The notes: generated by a model from the letters alone, not told the origin. A DNA stretch of 64,000 nt from an uncultured delta proteobacterium (GCA_963778655.1 CAVZVA010000010.1:224001-288000), one strand, 5' to 3'. Counted from the stretch's first letter, positions 9,532-19,593 are shown. Numbers and translations are program-made.

Positions 9532-10611
9532 TCAGCCCGACTTGTCATGCGACTTGTCGTGCAGCTCTTCGGCCAGCTCTTCGAGCAGCTTGCGCGCCTT
9601 GCGCGAGAGCTTCTTGGGCACGGCGAGCTGCACCAGCACGATCAGATCACCACGGCCGCCCGAGTTGAGGTGCGGCACGCCCTTGCCGCGAACGCGCACG
9701 CTGTCGCCGGGCTGCACGCCGGCCGGCACCTTGACCTCGACCGGGCCCTCGTCGTCGAGGCTCGGCACCTCCAGCGCGGCGCCGAGCGCGGCTTGCACGA
9801 AGCTCAAGGTCAACGCGTGCAGGAGGTCGGAGCCTTCGCGCTCGAAACGCGGATCGGGCTCGACCTGCACGTCGACGTAGAGATGGCCCGCCGGGCCGCC
9901 CTGCATCCCGGAAAGACCTTGACCGGGCACGCGCAGGGTCTGGCCGTCGTCGATCCCCGCCGGGAAGGTGACCTTCACGCTGCGCTCGATTTCCACCTGG
10001 CCAGTGCCGTGGCAGCTCTTGCAGGGATGCTCGGCCACGCTGCCTACGCCGTGGCAACCGGGACAGGTGGTCTGCAGCAGGAACGGCCCGCGCGAGTGCG
10101 CGACCTGGCCGGCGCCCTTGCAGCGCGGGCACACGCTGCGCTGCCCGCCCTCGGCGCCGGTGCCGTTGCAGCTCTCGCACGGGCCCGGGTGGTGCAACGG
10201 CAGCTCGCGCTTGGTGCCGAACGCCGCGTCCTTGAGCGGTAGCCGCACCACCGTGCGCAGGTCCGCGCCGCGCTGCGGGCCGCCGCGGCGCGCGCCGCGA
10301 AAGCCGCCGCCGCCGAAGAAGTCGCTGAAGATGTCGCTGAACTGGCTGAAGATGTCCTGGATGTCGCCGAACCCCTGGCCCGCGCCGGAGACGCCGGCGT
10401 GCCCGAAGCGGTCGTAGCTGGCGCGCTTGTCGCCATCGCACAACACGGCGTAGGCCTCGGAGGCTTCCTTGAAGCACTCCTCGGCGTGGGCGTTGCCGGG
10501 ATTGCGGTCGGGGTGCAGCTCCAGCGCGAGCTTGCGATACGCGCGCTTGATCTCGCTCTCGGACGCCGAACGCTCGACGCCGAGCACCTCGTAGTAATCG
10601 CGTTTTGCCAT
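9532..10611 (-). CDS. dnaJ: Molecular chaperone DnaJ
   Basis: MAKRDYYEVLGV, HPD motif, G/F region and four CxxCxGxG zinc-finger repeats. Confidence 0.95.
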   Translation of the reverse strand: MAKRDYYEVLGVERSASESEIKRAYRKLALELHPDRNPGNAHAEECFKEASEAYAVLCDGDKRASYDRFGHAGVSGAGQGFGDIQDIFSQFSDIFSDFFGGGGFRGARRGGPQRGADLRTVVRLPLKDAAFGTKRELPLHHPGPCESCNGTGAEGGQRSVCPRCKGAGQVAHSRGPFLLQTTCPGCHGVGSVAEHPCKSCHGTGQVEIERSVKVTFPAGIDDGQTLRVPGQGLSGMQGGPAGHLYVDVQVEPDPRFEREGSDLLHALTLSFVQAALGAALEVPSLDDEGPVEVKVPAGVQPGDSVRVRGKGVPHLNSGGRGDLIVLVQLAVPKKLSRKARKLLEELAEELHDKSHDKSG

Positions 10612-10812
10612 GTCAGCCCGGGGAGCCCGGCGGCTCTGCGCAGGCCGAGCACGCAGGCCGACCGCGCAGGCCGACCGCGCCGGCCAAAGCGCCGGCAGCA
10701 AGATAAGTCGCGGCCGGCATGGGTCAAGGTTCTGCTCCGGCTGCGCACCTGTGCACATGATCAGCTCGGCCCGCGAGCGCCGGCGGCCGGGGCGGCGCAT
10801 ACTCGGCCCGTC

Positions 10813-11961
10813 GTGTCGACCTCGGTGTACGTGCACTTCCCGTGGTGCCTGCAGAAATGCCCGTACTGCGACTTCGCCTCGGCGACCATCCGCCGCCCCG
10901 AAGTCCCGCACCAGGCCTATGCCGACGCGGTGCTGGCGGAGCTCGGCTGGCGGGCACCCGCGCTCGGGAGCGAGACCCTGTCGTCGGTGTTCTTCGGCGG
11001 CGGCACCCCGTCGCTGTGGGCGCCGGAGCAGCTTGGCCGGGTGCTGGACGCGGTGCGGCGCGCATTCGGGCGCGAGGCCGATGCGCTCGAGGTGAGCGTC
11101 GAGTGCAACCCCTCCTCGCTCGATCGCGCGCGGGCGCGCGCGCTGCGAGAGACCGGCGTGAACCGGCTGTCGATCGGGGTGCAGGCGCTCGACGACGCAC
11201 AGCTGCGCTTTCTCGGTCGCGTGCACGACGCGCAAGCCGCCCTGCGCGCGGTGCAGGACGCGCTGCTCGAGCTGCCGCGGGTGAGCGCGGATCTGATCTT
11301 CGGGCTGCCCGGCCAAGCGCCCGAGGACGCGGCGGCGCAGGCGCGCACGCTGGTCGGGCTCGGCCTCGCGCACCTGTCGGTCTACTCGCTCACGATCGAG
11401 CCGGACACCCAGTTCGGCCAGCTGCACCGCAAGGGGCGGCTGCCGCTGGCGCGGGAGGACGACGTCGCCGCGGCCTTCGACGCCATCTCGGCGCTGCTGC
11501 GCGAGCAGGGCTTCGAGCACTACGAGGTCTCCAACTATGCGCGCGCGGGCGAGCGCGCGCGCCACAACGAGCACTACTGGCGAGGCGGCGCGTACCTGGG
11601 GCTGGGCGCCGGCGCGGTCGGCTGTCTGCACGCGGAGCCGGGTCGCGCGCGCCGCTACCGCAACCAGCCGCGCCCCGAGGGCTACCTCGCGCAGAGCGCG
11701 AGCGCCGCGGTCGAGGTGTTCGAGGAGCAGCTCGGCCCAAAGGAGCTGGCGCGCGAGCAGCTGATGCTCGGCCTGCGCACGGCCGACGGCGTCGACCTGG
11801 CGCGCGCGCGGGCACACAGCGGCGTAGACATCGCGCACGGCCGGCAGCAGGCGCTGCGCCGCGGCGCCGAGCGCGGCGAGCTGTTGATCGAGGCGGGCGC
11901 GCTGCGCGTGCCGCGCGCGCGCTGGCTGCACCTGGACTCGATCATCGCCAACGTGTTCTGA
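10813..11961 (+). CDS. hemW: Radical SAM heme chaperone HemW (HemN-like)
   Basis: YVHFPWCLQKCPYCDF, GGGTPS, HYEVSNYA and HNEHYW motifs. Confidence 0.9.
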   Translation: MSTSVYVHFPWCLQKCPYCDFASATIRRPEVPHQAYADAVLAELGWRAPALGSETLSSVFFGGGTPSLWAPEQLGRVLDAVRRAFGREADALEVSVECNPSSLDRARARALRETGVNRLSIGVQALDDAQLRFLGRVHDAQAALRAVQDALLELPRVSADLIFGLPGQAPEDAAAQARTLVGLGLAHLSVYSLTIEPDTQFGQLHRKGRLPLAREDDVAAAFDAISALLREQGFEHYEVSNYARAGERARHNEHYWRGGAYLGLGAGAVGCLHAEPGRARRYRNQPRPEGYLAQSASAAVEVFEEQLGPKELAREQLMLGLRTADGVDLARARAHSGVDIAHGRQQALRRGAERGELLIEAGALRVPRARWLHLDSIIANVF

Positions 11962-11970
11962 CTCGGGCCG

Positions 11971-12459
11971 CTACTTGCGCTCTAGCGTCACCCAGGTCAG
12001 ACCCTCGCCGCGGCGGCGCTCGACTTCCCGCCACTCGCCCTTGTCGATCTCGGGGAAGTAGCAGTCGCCTTCGTGCTCGTCGTCGAGGTAGGTCAGCAGC
12101 AGGCGCGTGGCCAGCGGCAGCGCGGCGGCGTAGATCTGCGCGCCCCCCAGCACGCGCGGCTCCTCATCCTGCTCGCGCGCCAGCTCGATCGCGCGCGCCA
12201 AGCTATCCACCACCTCGCAGCCGGGCAGCTGCAGCGCGGGATTGCGGCTGATCACGATGTTGCGGCGTTTGGCCAGCGGCTTGCCGATCGAGTCGTAGGT
12301 GGCGCGGCCCATGATCACGGCATGGCCCTTGGTCACGCGGCGGAAGTGCTGCATGTCCTCGGCAAAGTGCCAGGGAATGCCTCCGTCGCGCCCGATCACC
12401 CGGTTGGGGGTCAACGCAGCAACGAGAGCTAGCGGCTTGCGGGAGGACGCGGTGGTCAT
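11971..12459 (-). CDS. folA: Dihydrofolate reductase
   Basis: VIGRDGGIPW..EDMQHF, VIMGRATYDSIGKPL..RRNIVISR, GGAQIY and GDCYFP motifs. Confidence 0.95.
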   Translation of the reverse strand: MTTASSRKPLALVAALTPNRVIGRDGGIPWHFAEDMQHFRRVTKGHAVIMGRATYDSIGKPLAKRRNIVISRNPALQLPGCEVVDSLARAIELAREQDEEPRVLGGAQIYAAALPLATRLLLTYLDDEHEGDCYFPEIDKGEWREVERRRGEGLTWVTLERK

Positions 12460-12507
12460 TGCAGTCGGAGCGACAAATCTCGCGGCAGGGGCGCGCGCGC
12501 GTTTCGG

Positions 12508-13350
12508 TCACACCGCGACCTCGGCCTTGATGCGCGGGTGCGGCTGGTAGCCCTCCAGCTTGAAGTCCTCATAGCCGAAGGTGAACAGGTCCCGCACCTC
12601 GGGGTTGAGGCGCAGCGTGGGCAGCGGGCGCGGCTCGCGCGACAGCTGCAGCCGCGCCTGCTCCAGGTGGTTGTTGTACAGGTGCGCGTCGCCGAAGGTG
12701 TGGACGAATTCGCCGGGCTGCAGCCCGCTCACCTGCGCCAGCATCAAGGTCAGCAGGGCGTAGCTCGCGACGTTGAACGGCACGCCCAGAAAGATGTCAG
12801 CACTGCGCTGGTAGAGCTGGCAGCTCAGCGCACCGTCCTGCACGTAGAGCTGGAACAGCGTGTGGCAGGGCGGCAGCTCCACCTGCTCGGCCTCCTTGGG
12901 GTTCCAGCCGCTCACGATCAGACGGCGGCTGCTGGGGTTTTCGCGCAGCTGCTGCAGCACGCTGGCGATCTGGTCGACTCCGTCGCGGGCATAGCTGCCG
13001 TCGAGCCGCAGGCTGGCGCCGAAGTTGCGCCACTGGTGGCCGTAGACGGGCCCGAGATCGCCGGGGGCGCGGCCGAACTTCGCGCACTGCTCGGGCGTGG
13101 CCCACTCGTCCCAGATCGTGACCTTGTGCTGGTGCAGGTAGTCGACGTGGGTGTCGCCGCGCAGAAACCACAGCAGCTCGTAGATGATCGAGCGCAGGTG
13201 CAGCTTCTTGGTGGTCAGCAGCGGAAACCCGTCGCGCAGGTCCAGCCGCAGCTGGTAGCCGAAGATGCCGCGGGTGCCGACGCCGGTGCGGTCGGGGCGC
13301 TCGCGTCCGTGCTCGAGCGCAGTCCTGAGCAGATCGAGATAGGCCTTCAC
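12508..13350 (-). CDS. thyA: Thymidylate synthase
   Basis: [31 protein letters not shown] and [14 protein letters not shown] motifs; directly upstream of folA. Confidence 0.95.
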   Translation of the reverse strand: MKAYLDLLRTALEHGRERPDRTGVGTRGIFGYQLRLDLRDGFPLLTTKKLHLRSIIYELLWFLRGDTHVDYLHQHKVTIWDEWATPEQCAKFGRAPGDLGPVYGHQWRNFGASLRLDGSYARDGVDQIASVLQQLRENPSSRRLIVSGWNPKEAEQVELPPCHTLFQLYVQDGALSCQLYQRSADIFLGVPFNVASYALLTLMLAQVSGLQPGEFVHTFGDAHLYNNHLEQARLQLSREPRPLPTLRLNPEVRDLFTFGYEDFKLEGYQPHPRIKAEVAV

Positions 13351-13392
13351 GTCGCGTCCTGGGCGGGAGCATACCCGCGCACGTGCCATAGC

Positions 13393-13560
13393 TTAACCCC
13401 GGGAGGGTCGAGCGACCCTCCCGCCCCACCCTGGTTTGATGACGGGAGGGGCACTGAGGGGCGCGCGCCCCGCCCGTCGGGCAAAGCTCGCCGGGGCCCA
13501 CCCTCCTGCGCGGTTCGCTTCGCTCAGCTGCGTCGCGGCGACGGGTTGCGCCGACCGGGC
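13393..13560 (+). repeat. Dispersed hairpin repeat, same family as the 6691-7002 units
   Basis: CCGGGAGGGTCGAGCGACCCTCCCGCCCCACC at 13399-13430 matches the unit start at 6698. Region 13440-13550 is an inverted homologue of 50076-50190. Confidence 0.75.
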
Positions 13561-13619
13561 GCTTAGCATTCGTGGAAAATTCCCCCAAAGGGGGGGCGCT
13601 GGCATTAATCTCGGCCACG

Positions 13620-14276
13620 GTGACGCTCGACTTCGACCGGATCGAGGTGCGGGACCTGGTCAAGCTCTACGGGCCGACCCGGGCGCTGGCGGGTGTGCGC
13701 CTGACGCTGGCCGCGGGCGAGATCACCGCGATCGAGGGTCCCAACGGCTCGGGCAAGAGCACGCTGCTCAACGTGCTGGCGCTGCTCAGCCGGCCCACCC
13801 GCGGCGAGCTGCGCTTCGGGCAGCACGATCCGCAGCGGGCCACCGCGCTGCGCGCGCGGATCGGATTGGTGGCGCACGCGGCCATGGTCTATCCGGACCT
13901 GACGGGTCACGAGAACCTCGCGCTCACCGCGCAGCTCTACGGCCTGGGCGGCAGCGCGCCCGCGCAGCGGCTCGAGCAGCGCTTCGAGCTGGGCGCGTTC
14001 ATGCAGCGTCCGGCGCGCACCTACTCGCGCGGCCAGCTGCAGCGGCTGTCGCTGGCGCGCGCGCTGCTGCCCGCACCGCGCCTGCTGCTGCTGGACGAGC
14101 CCTCGACCGGGCTGGACGCGCGCGGGCTCGAGCGCCTGGTCGAGGCGATGCGGGCCGAGCGCGCGCGCGGCGCGATCGTGGCCCTCGTCACCCACGACGC
14201 GGCGCTGGCCGCAGCCGTCGCCGATCGGCGCGTGCTGCTGGAGCGCGGGCGCATGGTGGCCGAGGGCCCGTCGTGA
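13620..14276 (+). CDS. ccmA: Heme exporter ATP-binding protein CcmA
   Basis: Walker A GPNGSGKST, YSRGQLQR signature, LLLLDEP Walker B; translationally coupled to a CcmB-like gene. Confidence 0.8.
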   Translation: MTLDFDRIEVRDLVKLYGPTRALAGVRLTLAAGEITAIEGPNGSGKSTLLNVLALLSRPTRGELRFGQHDPQRATALRARIGLVAHAAMVYPDLTGHENLALTAQLYGLGGSAPAQRLEQRFELGAFMQRPARTYSRGQLQRLSLARALLPAPRLLLLDEPSTGLDARGLERLVEAMRAERARGAIVALVTHDAALAAAVADRRVLLERGRMVAEGPS

Positions 14277-14953
14277 GAGCGCTGCTGCGAGCAAGCTTCT
14301 GGCTGCTGCGCAAGGAGCTGCGCGTGGAGCTGCGAACCGGCGAGATCGTGGTGACCACGGCGCTGTTTGCCACGCTGGTGGCGGTGCTGGCGTCGCTGTC
14401 GTTCTACATCGACCCGCACAGCGGACCGCTGGTGGCGCCGGGCGTGCTGTGGATCGCGATCACCTTCGCGGGTGTGTTGGCGATGGGGCGCAGCTGGAAC
14501 CGCGAGCGCGAGCACGAAGTGTTCCGCGCGCTGCTGCTGGCGCCGGTGCCGCGCGCCGCGCTCTACCTGAGCAAGGTGCTGGCAAGCGTGGTGTTCCTGC
14601 TGGTGGTCGAGAGCGTGCTGGTGCTCGAAGTCGCGGTGCTGTTCGATCTCGCGCTCTTTCCGGTGTTCGGCCCGCTGTGCGCGCTGCTGCTGCTGGGCAC
14701 GCTGGGCTTCGCCGTCACCGGCAACCTGTTTGCCGCGCTCGGCCTGCGCACGCGCGCCCGCGAGATGATGCTCGCGGTGGTGGTGCTGCCGGTGGTGGCG
14801 CCCGCGCTGCTGTGCGGGGTGGTGGCCACGCGCGAGCTGCTCGCCGGCGCGCCGTTCTCCGAGCTCTACGGCTGGCTCGCGCTGCTGGGCGCCTTCGACC
14901 TCGGCTTCGCCGCGGCCGGCGTGGCGCTGTTCGAGCCGCTGATCTCCGACTGA
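14273..14953 (+). CDS. ccmB: Heme exporter membrane protein CcmB
   Basis: LLRKELRVELR, APGVLWIAITFAG..RSW.RE, about six TM helices; GTGA overlap with ccmA. Confidence 0.85.
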   Translation: MRALLRASFWLLRKELRVELRTGEIVVTTALFATLVAVLASLSFYIDPHSGPLVAPGVLWIAITFAGVLAMGRSWNREREHEVFRALLLAPVPRAALYLSKVLASVVFLLVVESVLVLEVAVLFDLALFPVFGPLCALLLLGTLGFAVTGNLFAALGLRTRAREMMLAVVVLPVVAPALLCGVVATRELLAGAPFSELYGWLALLGAFDLGFAAAGVALFEPLISD

Positions 14954-14997
14954 GCGCTTCGGCTAGATGCTCGAACGCGGGGCGAGACCGGGCCGCC

Positions 14998-16095
14998 CTA
15001 CTGGTAGGTGGCCGAGAACAGAATCGCCCAGTCGAACGAATTGTAGCGCACGCCGCTGTCGCTGACGTGGGTGTACCAGAAGCGAACCGCAGGCCCCAGG
15101 CCCCAGTCGTCGCCGACCCAGAATTCCTTGCCCAGATCGAAGTTGAGGCCGAGGCCGCTGTGGGTGTCGCGGGCGTTCTTGCCGTCGGTGAACGAAATGC
15201 TCGACAACCCGATCGCCGCGGTCAGGTAGAGATCGACCGGCATGAAATAATAGGTGAGCGCGGGCCCGAACAGGGTCAGCGCGACGCTCGAGTCCTTGCG
15301 CTTGCCGATGTTCCTGCCGTCCAGGCTGGGGTTGATCTCGCCGGTCGCGTTGGCGGCCAGGCGCGCATGAATCACCAGGTTGTCGATCGGCGAGGCCCCG
15401 ATATCGAGGCTGAAGTGCCCCGCGCCCGACGAGATCTCGAGCGAGTGCCCGGTGCTGCCGTAGAGCTCGAACGCCGCGCCGTCGGTCTTGCCCGTCAGGT
15501 GGTCGCCGCCGAAGCCGAGCGTGAGCCGTAGCATGAAGCCGTCGTGGCGTTGCGCGCCGGGCGGGGGTGGCGGCGGCGGGCGCCCTGCGAACAGCGACAT
15601 CTGGGCGGCTTCGCACTCGCCGTGGACATTGCAGCGCTCGCCCGCGCCGCAAGCCGGGTTGCACAGCGACAGGCAGCGGCCCTCGAAGCAGCCGAAGCCC
15701 TCGCGACAGGCGGGCGTACAGCTCGCAGCCACGACCGGCGGCGGCGGCGCGATGGTCGCCGCGACGGGGGGCGCGGGTGCAGGCGTCTCGGGCGCCGCAG
15801 CGGGCAATTGCGACGCGCTGCTGACGCTGGCGGGCGGCGCGGCCGCCGCAGCGGGACTCGCAACCGGCGCCGCCGCGGGGGTGGCTGCGGGCTGCGCGGG
15901 TGCGGGCGCGGGCTGCGCGGCCGCGGCCGCAGCGGGCGGCGGGGGCGGCGGCAGGGCCGGCAGATCATCGCCGGGCGGCGCTTGGGCAGCGGCGCGGGCC
16001 GACGACGCGACGATCAATACCGCGGCCAGCGTGCAGACGCGAGCTGGCGAGCCCGAGCGCGTCCTTTCGATGGGGTCGCCAACACGTGTGCGCAT
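14998..16095 (-). CDS. Outer-membrane beta-barrel protein with Pro/Ala-rich and Cys-rich N-terminus
   Basis: Signal peptide, Pro/Ala linker, Cys-rich module, then HDGFMLRLTLG...GKEFWVGDDWGLG...FSATYQ amphipathic strands. Confidence 0.75.
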   Translation of the reverse strand: MRTRVGDPIERTRSGSPARVCTLAAVLIVASSARAAAQAPPGDDLPALPPPPPPAAAAAAQPAPAPAQPAATPAAAPVASPAAAAAPPASVSSASQLPAAAPETPAPAPPVAATIAPPPPVVAASCTPACREGFGCFEGRCLSLCNPACGAGERCNVHGECEAAQMSLFAGRPPPPPPPGAQRHDGFMLRLTLGFGGDHLTGKTDGAAFELYGSTGHSLEISSGAGHFSLDIGASPIDNLVIHARLAANATGEINPSLDGRNIGKRKDSSVALTLFGPALTYYFMPVDLYLTAAIGLSSISFTDGKNARDTHSGLGLNFDLGKEFWVGDDWGLGPAVRFWYTHVSDSGVRYNSFDWAILFSATYQ

Positions 16096-16258
16096 GCGAT
16101 CCGCTCCTGCCGCGGCCGCCGGCTGCCGCGGCACGGGCGCTGCAGACCGTACTGCGAAACCGCGGCCCGAGGAAACCGCCCCTTCGCGCCGTGCTCAGGG
16201 AGCGGGCGTCGCGCTGAACGGTCCGTCGCAATTCGCCTCGATCACGCCGAGCTCCAGC

Positions 16259-16342
16259 GAGCAAGCGCGCGTCGAGGCGGCGCGCTTCTTCGAACGCTAT
16301 CCGGAGATGCCGTATGGCGCGCGCATCCGCCGCGCGCTGCAG
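16259..16342 (+). pseudogene. Possible remnant of the C-terminal end of a myxobacterial TPR-type protein
   Basis: Translates EQARVEAARFFERYPEMPYGARIRRALQ; no plausible upstream gene body. Confidence 0.35.
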
Positions 16343-16400
16343 GCTCCCGGCGCAACGGCGGCGTCCCAGTGCTTGGCGGCCGCACGCGTGCGGCGCGACC

Positions 16401-16931
16401 TCAGCGGCTCAGCGCAGGCCAAGCAGCCGGCGCCCGCGCGTCGTCCTGCGGCGCGCGCGCCGGGGCAAGGCGAAACGCGTGCTTGGCCAACGCGTGCTCG
16501 AGCGTGTCCTCGATGTCGACGGGTAGGCCCATCGCCGTGACCAGACGCGCAGAGACTTCGACCACGCGCACGTAGTCGCTTCCCATGTGCCGGGAGGGAA
16601 CCAGCACCACGCGGCCGACGCGCGGCAGCACACGCGTCGCGTTGGCGATCAGCAGCGCGCGCGCGGTGGCGGCTCGGCCCGTCATGTTGCGCATGTCGAG
16701 CACCACGCGCAGGCCGCGCTGCGCGGGGAAGCGCCGGATCAAGCGCTCGAAGACGGGCCCGACCATCCACTCGACCATGCGCGTCGTGCCGCGCGCCTCG
16801 TGCGCAAACTGCAGCAGCATGCCCGCCGGCTCGACGAACCAACCGACCAGCGATCCCGAGTCGTCGACAACGTGCGGTGGCACGGCGAACGCGGGCGCGG
16901 GCGCGGGCGGATTATCGGGCGAATCGATCAT
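16401..16931 (-). CDS. Hypothetical STAS/SEC14-like protein
   Basis: 176-aa ORF with beta-alpha pattern LRVVLDMRNMTG...ARALL typical of myxobacterial STAS-like proteins. Confidence 0.55.
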   Translation of the reverse strand: MIDSPDNPPAPAPAFAVPPHVVDDSGSLVGWFVEPAGMLLQFAHEARGTTRMVEWMVGPVFERLIRRFPAQRGLRVVLDMRNMTGRAATARALLIANATRVLPRVGRVVLVPSRHMGSDYVRVVEVSARLVTAMGLPVDIEDTLEHALAKHAFRLAPARAPQDDARAPAAWPALSR

Positions 16932-17079
16932 GGCGGTAGGCGCGCTGTCGCCTCCGTGGAGATATCAATCCATTCGCCGCCACCGCGCAAGCCCCCGCGT
17001 GTCACGGGGCTTGGTGAGCACCGTGGTGGTTTGCTTGTCGTCGCGATCGCGCTGTTGGACCTTGTTGGCGTGTGCTTGG

Positions 17080-17121
17080 CTGGAGTTGGGCACTGGAGTT
17101 GGGCACTGGAGTTGGGCACTG
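17080..17121 (+). repeat. 3.2 x 13-bp tandem repeat CTGGAGTTGGGCA
   Basis: Exact copies at 17080, 17093 and 17106 in a divergent intergenic region. Confidence 0.9.
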
Positions 17122-17350
17122 CGCTGGCTTTGCCCGCGGACGGCACGGCGGCGGCCTTGGCGCGGTGCCCGAGCGGACAGATCGGATCGCGCGCGGCGCT
17201 GACCCGAAGCCGAACCGCCCCGAGGCGCCGAGAATCCAGTGAAATCGGCCACGTGGCGGGCTGCTCGGCACGCCTTCCGGCGGGGGTCTTCGCTTCAATC
17301 AAGTAGTGGTAGGGTATGCGCTGGGAACCACGAGCTGACGAGGACCGGCC

Positions 17351-18505
17351 ATGAGCTACGCACAGGGTGGAACGTTCTACGATTCGGACAGCCATCTGAT
17401 GGAAACCACGGACTGGCTGCGCAGCCACGCCACCACGGAGGAAGCCGCGCTGATCGGCGAGCTGAGCCCGGGCAACGCCGGGCTCGGCGTGCACAAGGCG
17501 ATCGCGAAGGCCGAAGCGCGGCGCGGCGATCCCGAAGCCACCGCCAAGCTGTTGCAGGAGCCGATCATCTCAGGACCCAAGGGTTGGTTCGCCTATGGGG
17601 CGAGCACACCCGACGAGCGCAGCAAGGCGCTCGACCTGCTCGGCTTTCAGCGCCAGCTGGTGTTCCCCACCTTCGCGCTCGGCCAGTTCGTGCGCTCCAG
17701 CAAAGACGACGTGCTCTACGCCGGCGCCAACGCGCTCAACCGCGGCATGGCGCGCTTCTGCGCCAACGACGCGCGCATGCTCGCGGTCGGCTTTCTGCCG
17801 CTGCGCGATCCGGCGCGAGCGATGGCGACGCTGCGAGCCGGGATCGCCGAGGGCGTGAAGGCGTTCTGGGTCAGCGCCGATCCGGCCGGCGATCGCTCAC
17901 CGGCGCACGTCGATCACGAGTCGCTGTGGGCCGAGCTCGCGGCGGCCAACGTGCCGATCGTGCTGCACATCGGTGCCGGGCGCCTGCTGCAGCCGGCCTA
18001 TCACAACAACGGCCGCCCGCGGCCCAGCGACTGGCTGGGCGGCGGCGAGAACCTGCGCGCCAAAGACTGGCCGGCGGCCGCGCACGCCGCGCAGAACTTC
18101 CTGACTGCGTTCGTGCTTGACGGCGTGTTCGAGCGCCATCCCGCCCTGCGCTGCGGCGTGATCGAGCTGGGAGGCACGTGGGTGCCGAGCTTCATGCAAC
18201 TGCTCGACCAGGCCGCCAACAGCTTCAAGAAGAGCGAGCCGCTCCTGGGCGAGCTCACGCGCAAGCCCTCCGAGTACCTGCGCCGCCAAGTGCGCGTGAG
18301 CCTGTTTGCGTTCGAGGACGCGGGCGCGCTGATCGAGCAGGCGGGCGATGAGCTGTTCATGTTCGCGTCGGACTACCCGCATCCCGAGGGCGGCCGCGAT
18401 CCGCTTGGACGCTTCCAGGCCTCGCTCGATGCGCGCGGCATCGGACAGGCGGCGCGCGAGCGCTTCTACCACCGGAACTTCGCGGAGCTGATGGGCCTGC
18501 ACTGA
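17351..18505 (+). CDS. Amidohydrolase family 2 protein
   Basis: DSDSHLME, VLHIG, DGVFERHPALRCGVIELG and MFASDYPHPEG motifs. Confidence 0.9.
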   Translation: MSYAQGGTFYDSDSHLMETTDWLRSHATTEEAALIGELSPGNAGLGVHKAIAKAEARRGDPEATAKLLQEPIISGPKGWFAYGASTPDERSKALDLLGFQRQLVFPTFALGQFVRSSKDDVLYAGANALNRGMARFCANDARMLAVGFLPLRDPARAMATLRAGIAEGVKAFWVSADPAGDRSPAHVDHESLWAELAAANVPIVLHIGAGRLLQPAYHNNGRPRPSDWLGGGENLRAKDWPAAAHAAQNFLTAFVLDGVFERHPALRCGVIELGGTWVPSFMQLLDQAANSFKKSEPLLGELTRKPSEYLRRQVRVSLFAFEDAGALIEQAGDELFMFASDYPHPEGGRDPLGRFQASLDARGIGQAARERFYHRNFAELMGLH

Positions 18506-18564
18506 GCGGGCGCGGAGGCCCGCGCGCGCCCGAACGCCCGATTTGCGCGCGCGCCGCTCTGTGC

Positions 18565-19593
18565 TCAGGCGCGTGCTCGGGCGCGGTAGCGCCTGCGCGC
18601 CGCTCGGCCGGACAGCGCGAACGCCGGGATCAGCCATGGCCAGACGCTGGCCGGCGAAGACGCGGCCCCCAGCGCGCTGCAGCCCGACCCCCCCGACCCC
18701 GCCATGGACCCGGGGGTGAGGTGCGCGCCGCCCTGGCCGCCGCCGGTCGCACAGCTGAGCTGCACGTCGGTCGCGTCGGTCTGCAGCGTGCCGTCCACGC
18801 CTGCCAGCTCGGCCTCGACCCGCAGCGCGTGCTTGCCCTCACTCAACCCCTCGTGCATCGCATACATGTCGATGGGCTGGCCGGAGGCGAGCGGCCGATC
18901 CGGGCATTCAGCGAACACCTTGGTCTGGGCCGCGCTGAAGTCGTAGGGCGGCTCACCCAGGGACCAGGTCGGGCTCCATTCGCTGCCGTCCACCAGCGTG
19001 CGGTACGACAACAAGCTGGCCCAGGGCGCGGCCTGCTCGGAAAGCGCTACGTCCACGTCCACGATCACCGCGGGCAGCGGTGTGTCGCACGAGCCGCTGA
19101 CGGTCCCGACCCGGATTTCTCCGGCGGCGGGCGCGCTCACCACCAGCGTCCCCAGGCTGTCGGGGAAGTCGCTCGCTTCTGCAGTCTGCAGCTCGACCGC
19201 GGGCGTGGCGCACTCGCCGTCGACCTCCATCCGGTAGCGGGCTCCGGCGGCGAGCGGCGCGGCGGGCCTTATCCACTGCAGCCCCGAGCTCTGGGCCTCG
19301 AGCGTGAACGCCACCGGCTCGGCGGCGCCGCCATCCAGGCGCAGGAACCGCAGCGCGGGCAGGGTGTTGCCGGGCTGGGGTTGGGTGTAGTCCTTGGGTG
19401 GCAGCCAAACCAGCACCGGGGCATTGGCGGGTATCACCTCTCCGTCGCCCGGCATGAACCAACCCTCGAAGCACGGGAGCGGCGAGCACGCGCGGGCCGG
19501 CGCGCAATGCAGCAAGGCGACACCCAACGCAGCCCACGCCGTGGCACCAGCGCAGCCCCGACGCCACCGTCGCTTGCTCGATCGTGCGTGCAT
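18565..19593 (-). CDS. Secreted protein with MYXO-CTERM-like tail
   Basis: Signal peptide ending ARAC; C-terminal GGSGCSA, hydrophobic stretch and Arg cluster. Confidence 0.7.
   Translation of the reverse strand: MHARSSKRRWRRGCAGATAWAALGVALLHCAPARACSPLPCFEGWFMPGDGEVIPANAPVLVWLPPKDYTQPQPGNTLPALRFLRLDGGAAEPVAFTLEAQSSGLQWIRPAAPLAAGARYRMEVDGECATPAVELQTAEASDFPDSLGTLVVSAPAAGEIRVGTVSGSCDTPLPAVIVDVDVALSEQAAPWASLLSYRTLVDGSEWSPTWSLGEPPYDFSAAQTKVFAECPDRPLASGQPIDMYAMHEGLSEGKHALRVEAELAGVDGTLQTDATDVQLSCATGGGQGGAHLTPGSMAGSGGSGCSALGAASSPASVWPWLIPAFALSGRAARRRYRARARA

Noticed and set aside
10612..11931. 799-aa DnaJ with a long N-terminal extension
   Set aside because: The extension is the antisense shadow of hemW; DnaJ starts at MAKRDYY (10611).
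17080..17121. Mini-CRISPR or replication iterons
   Set aside because: 13-bp contiguous repeats without spacers; no rep or cas gene nearby.
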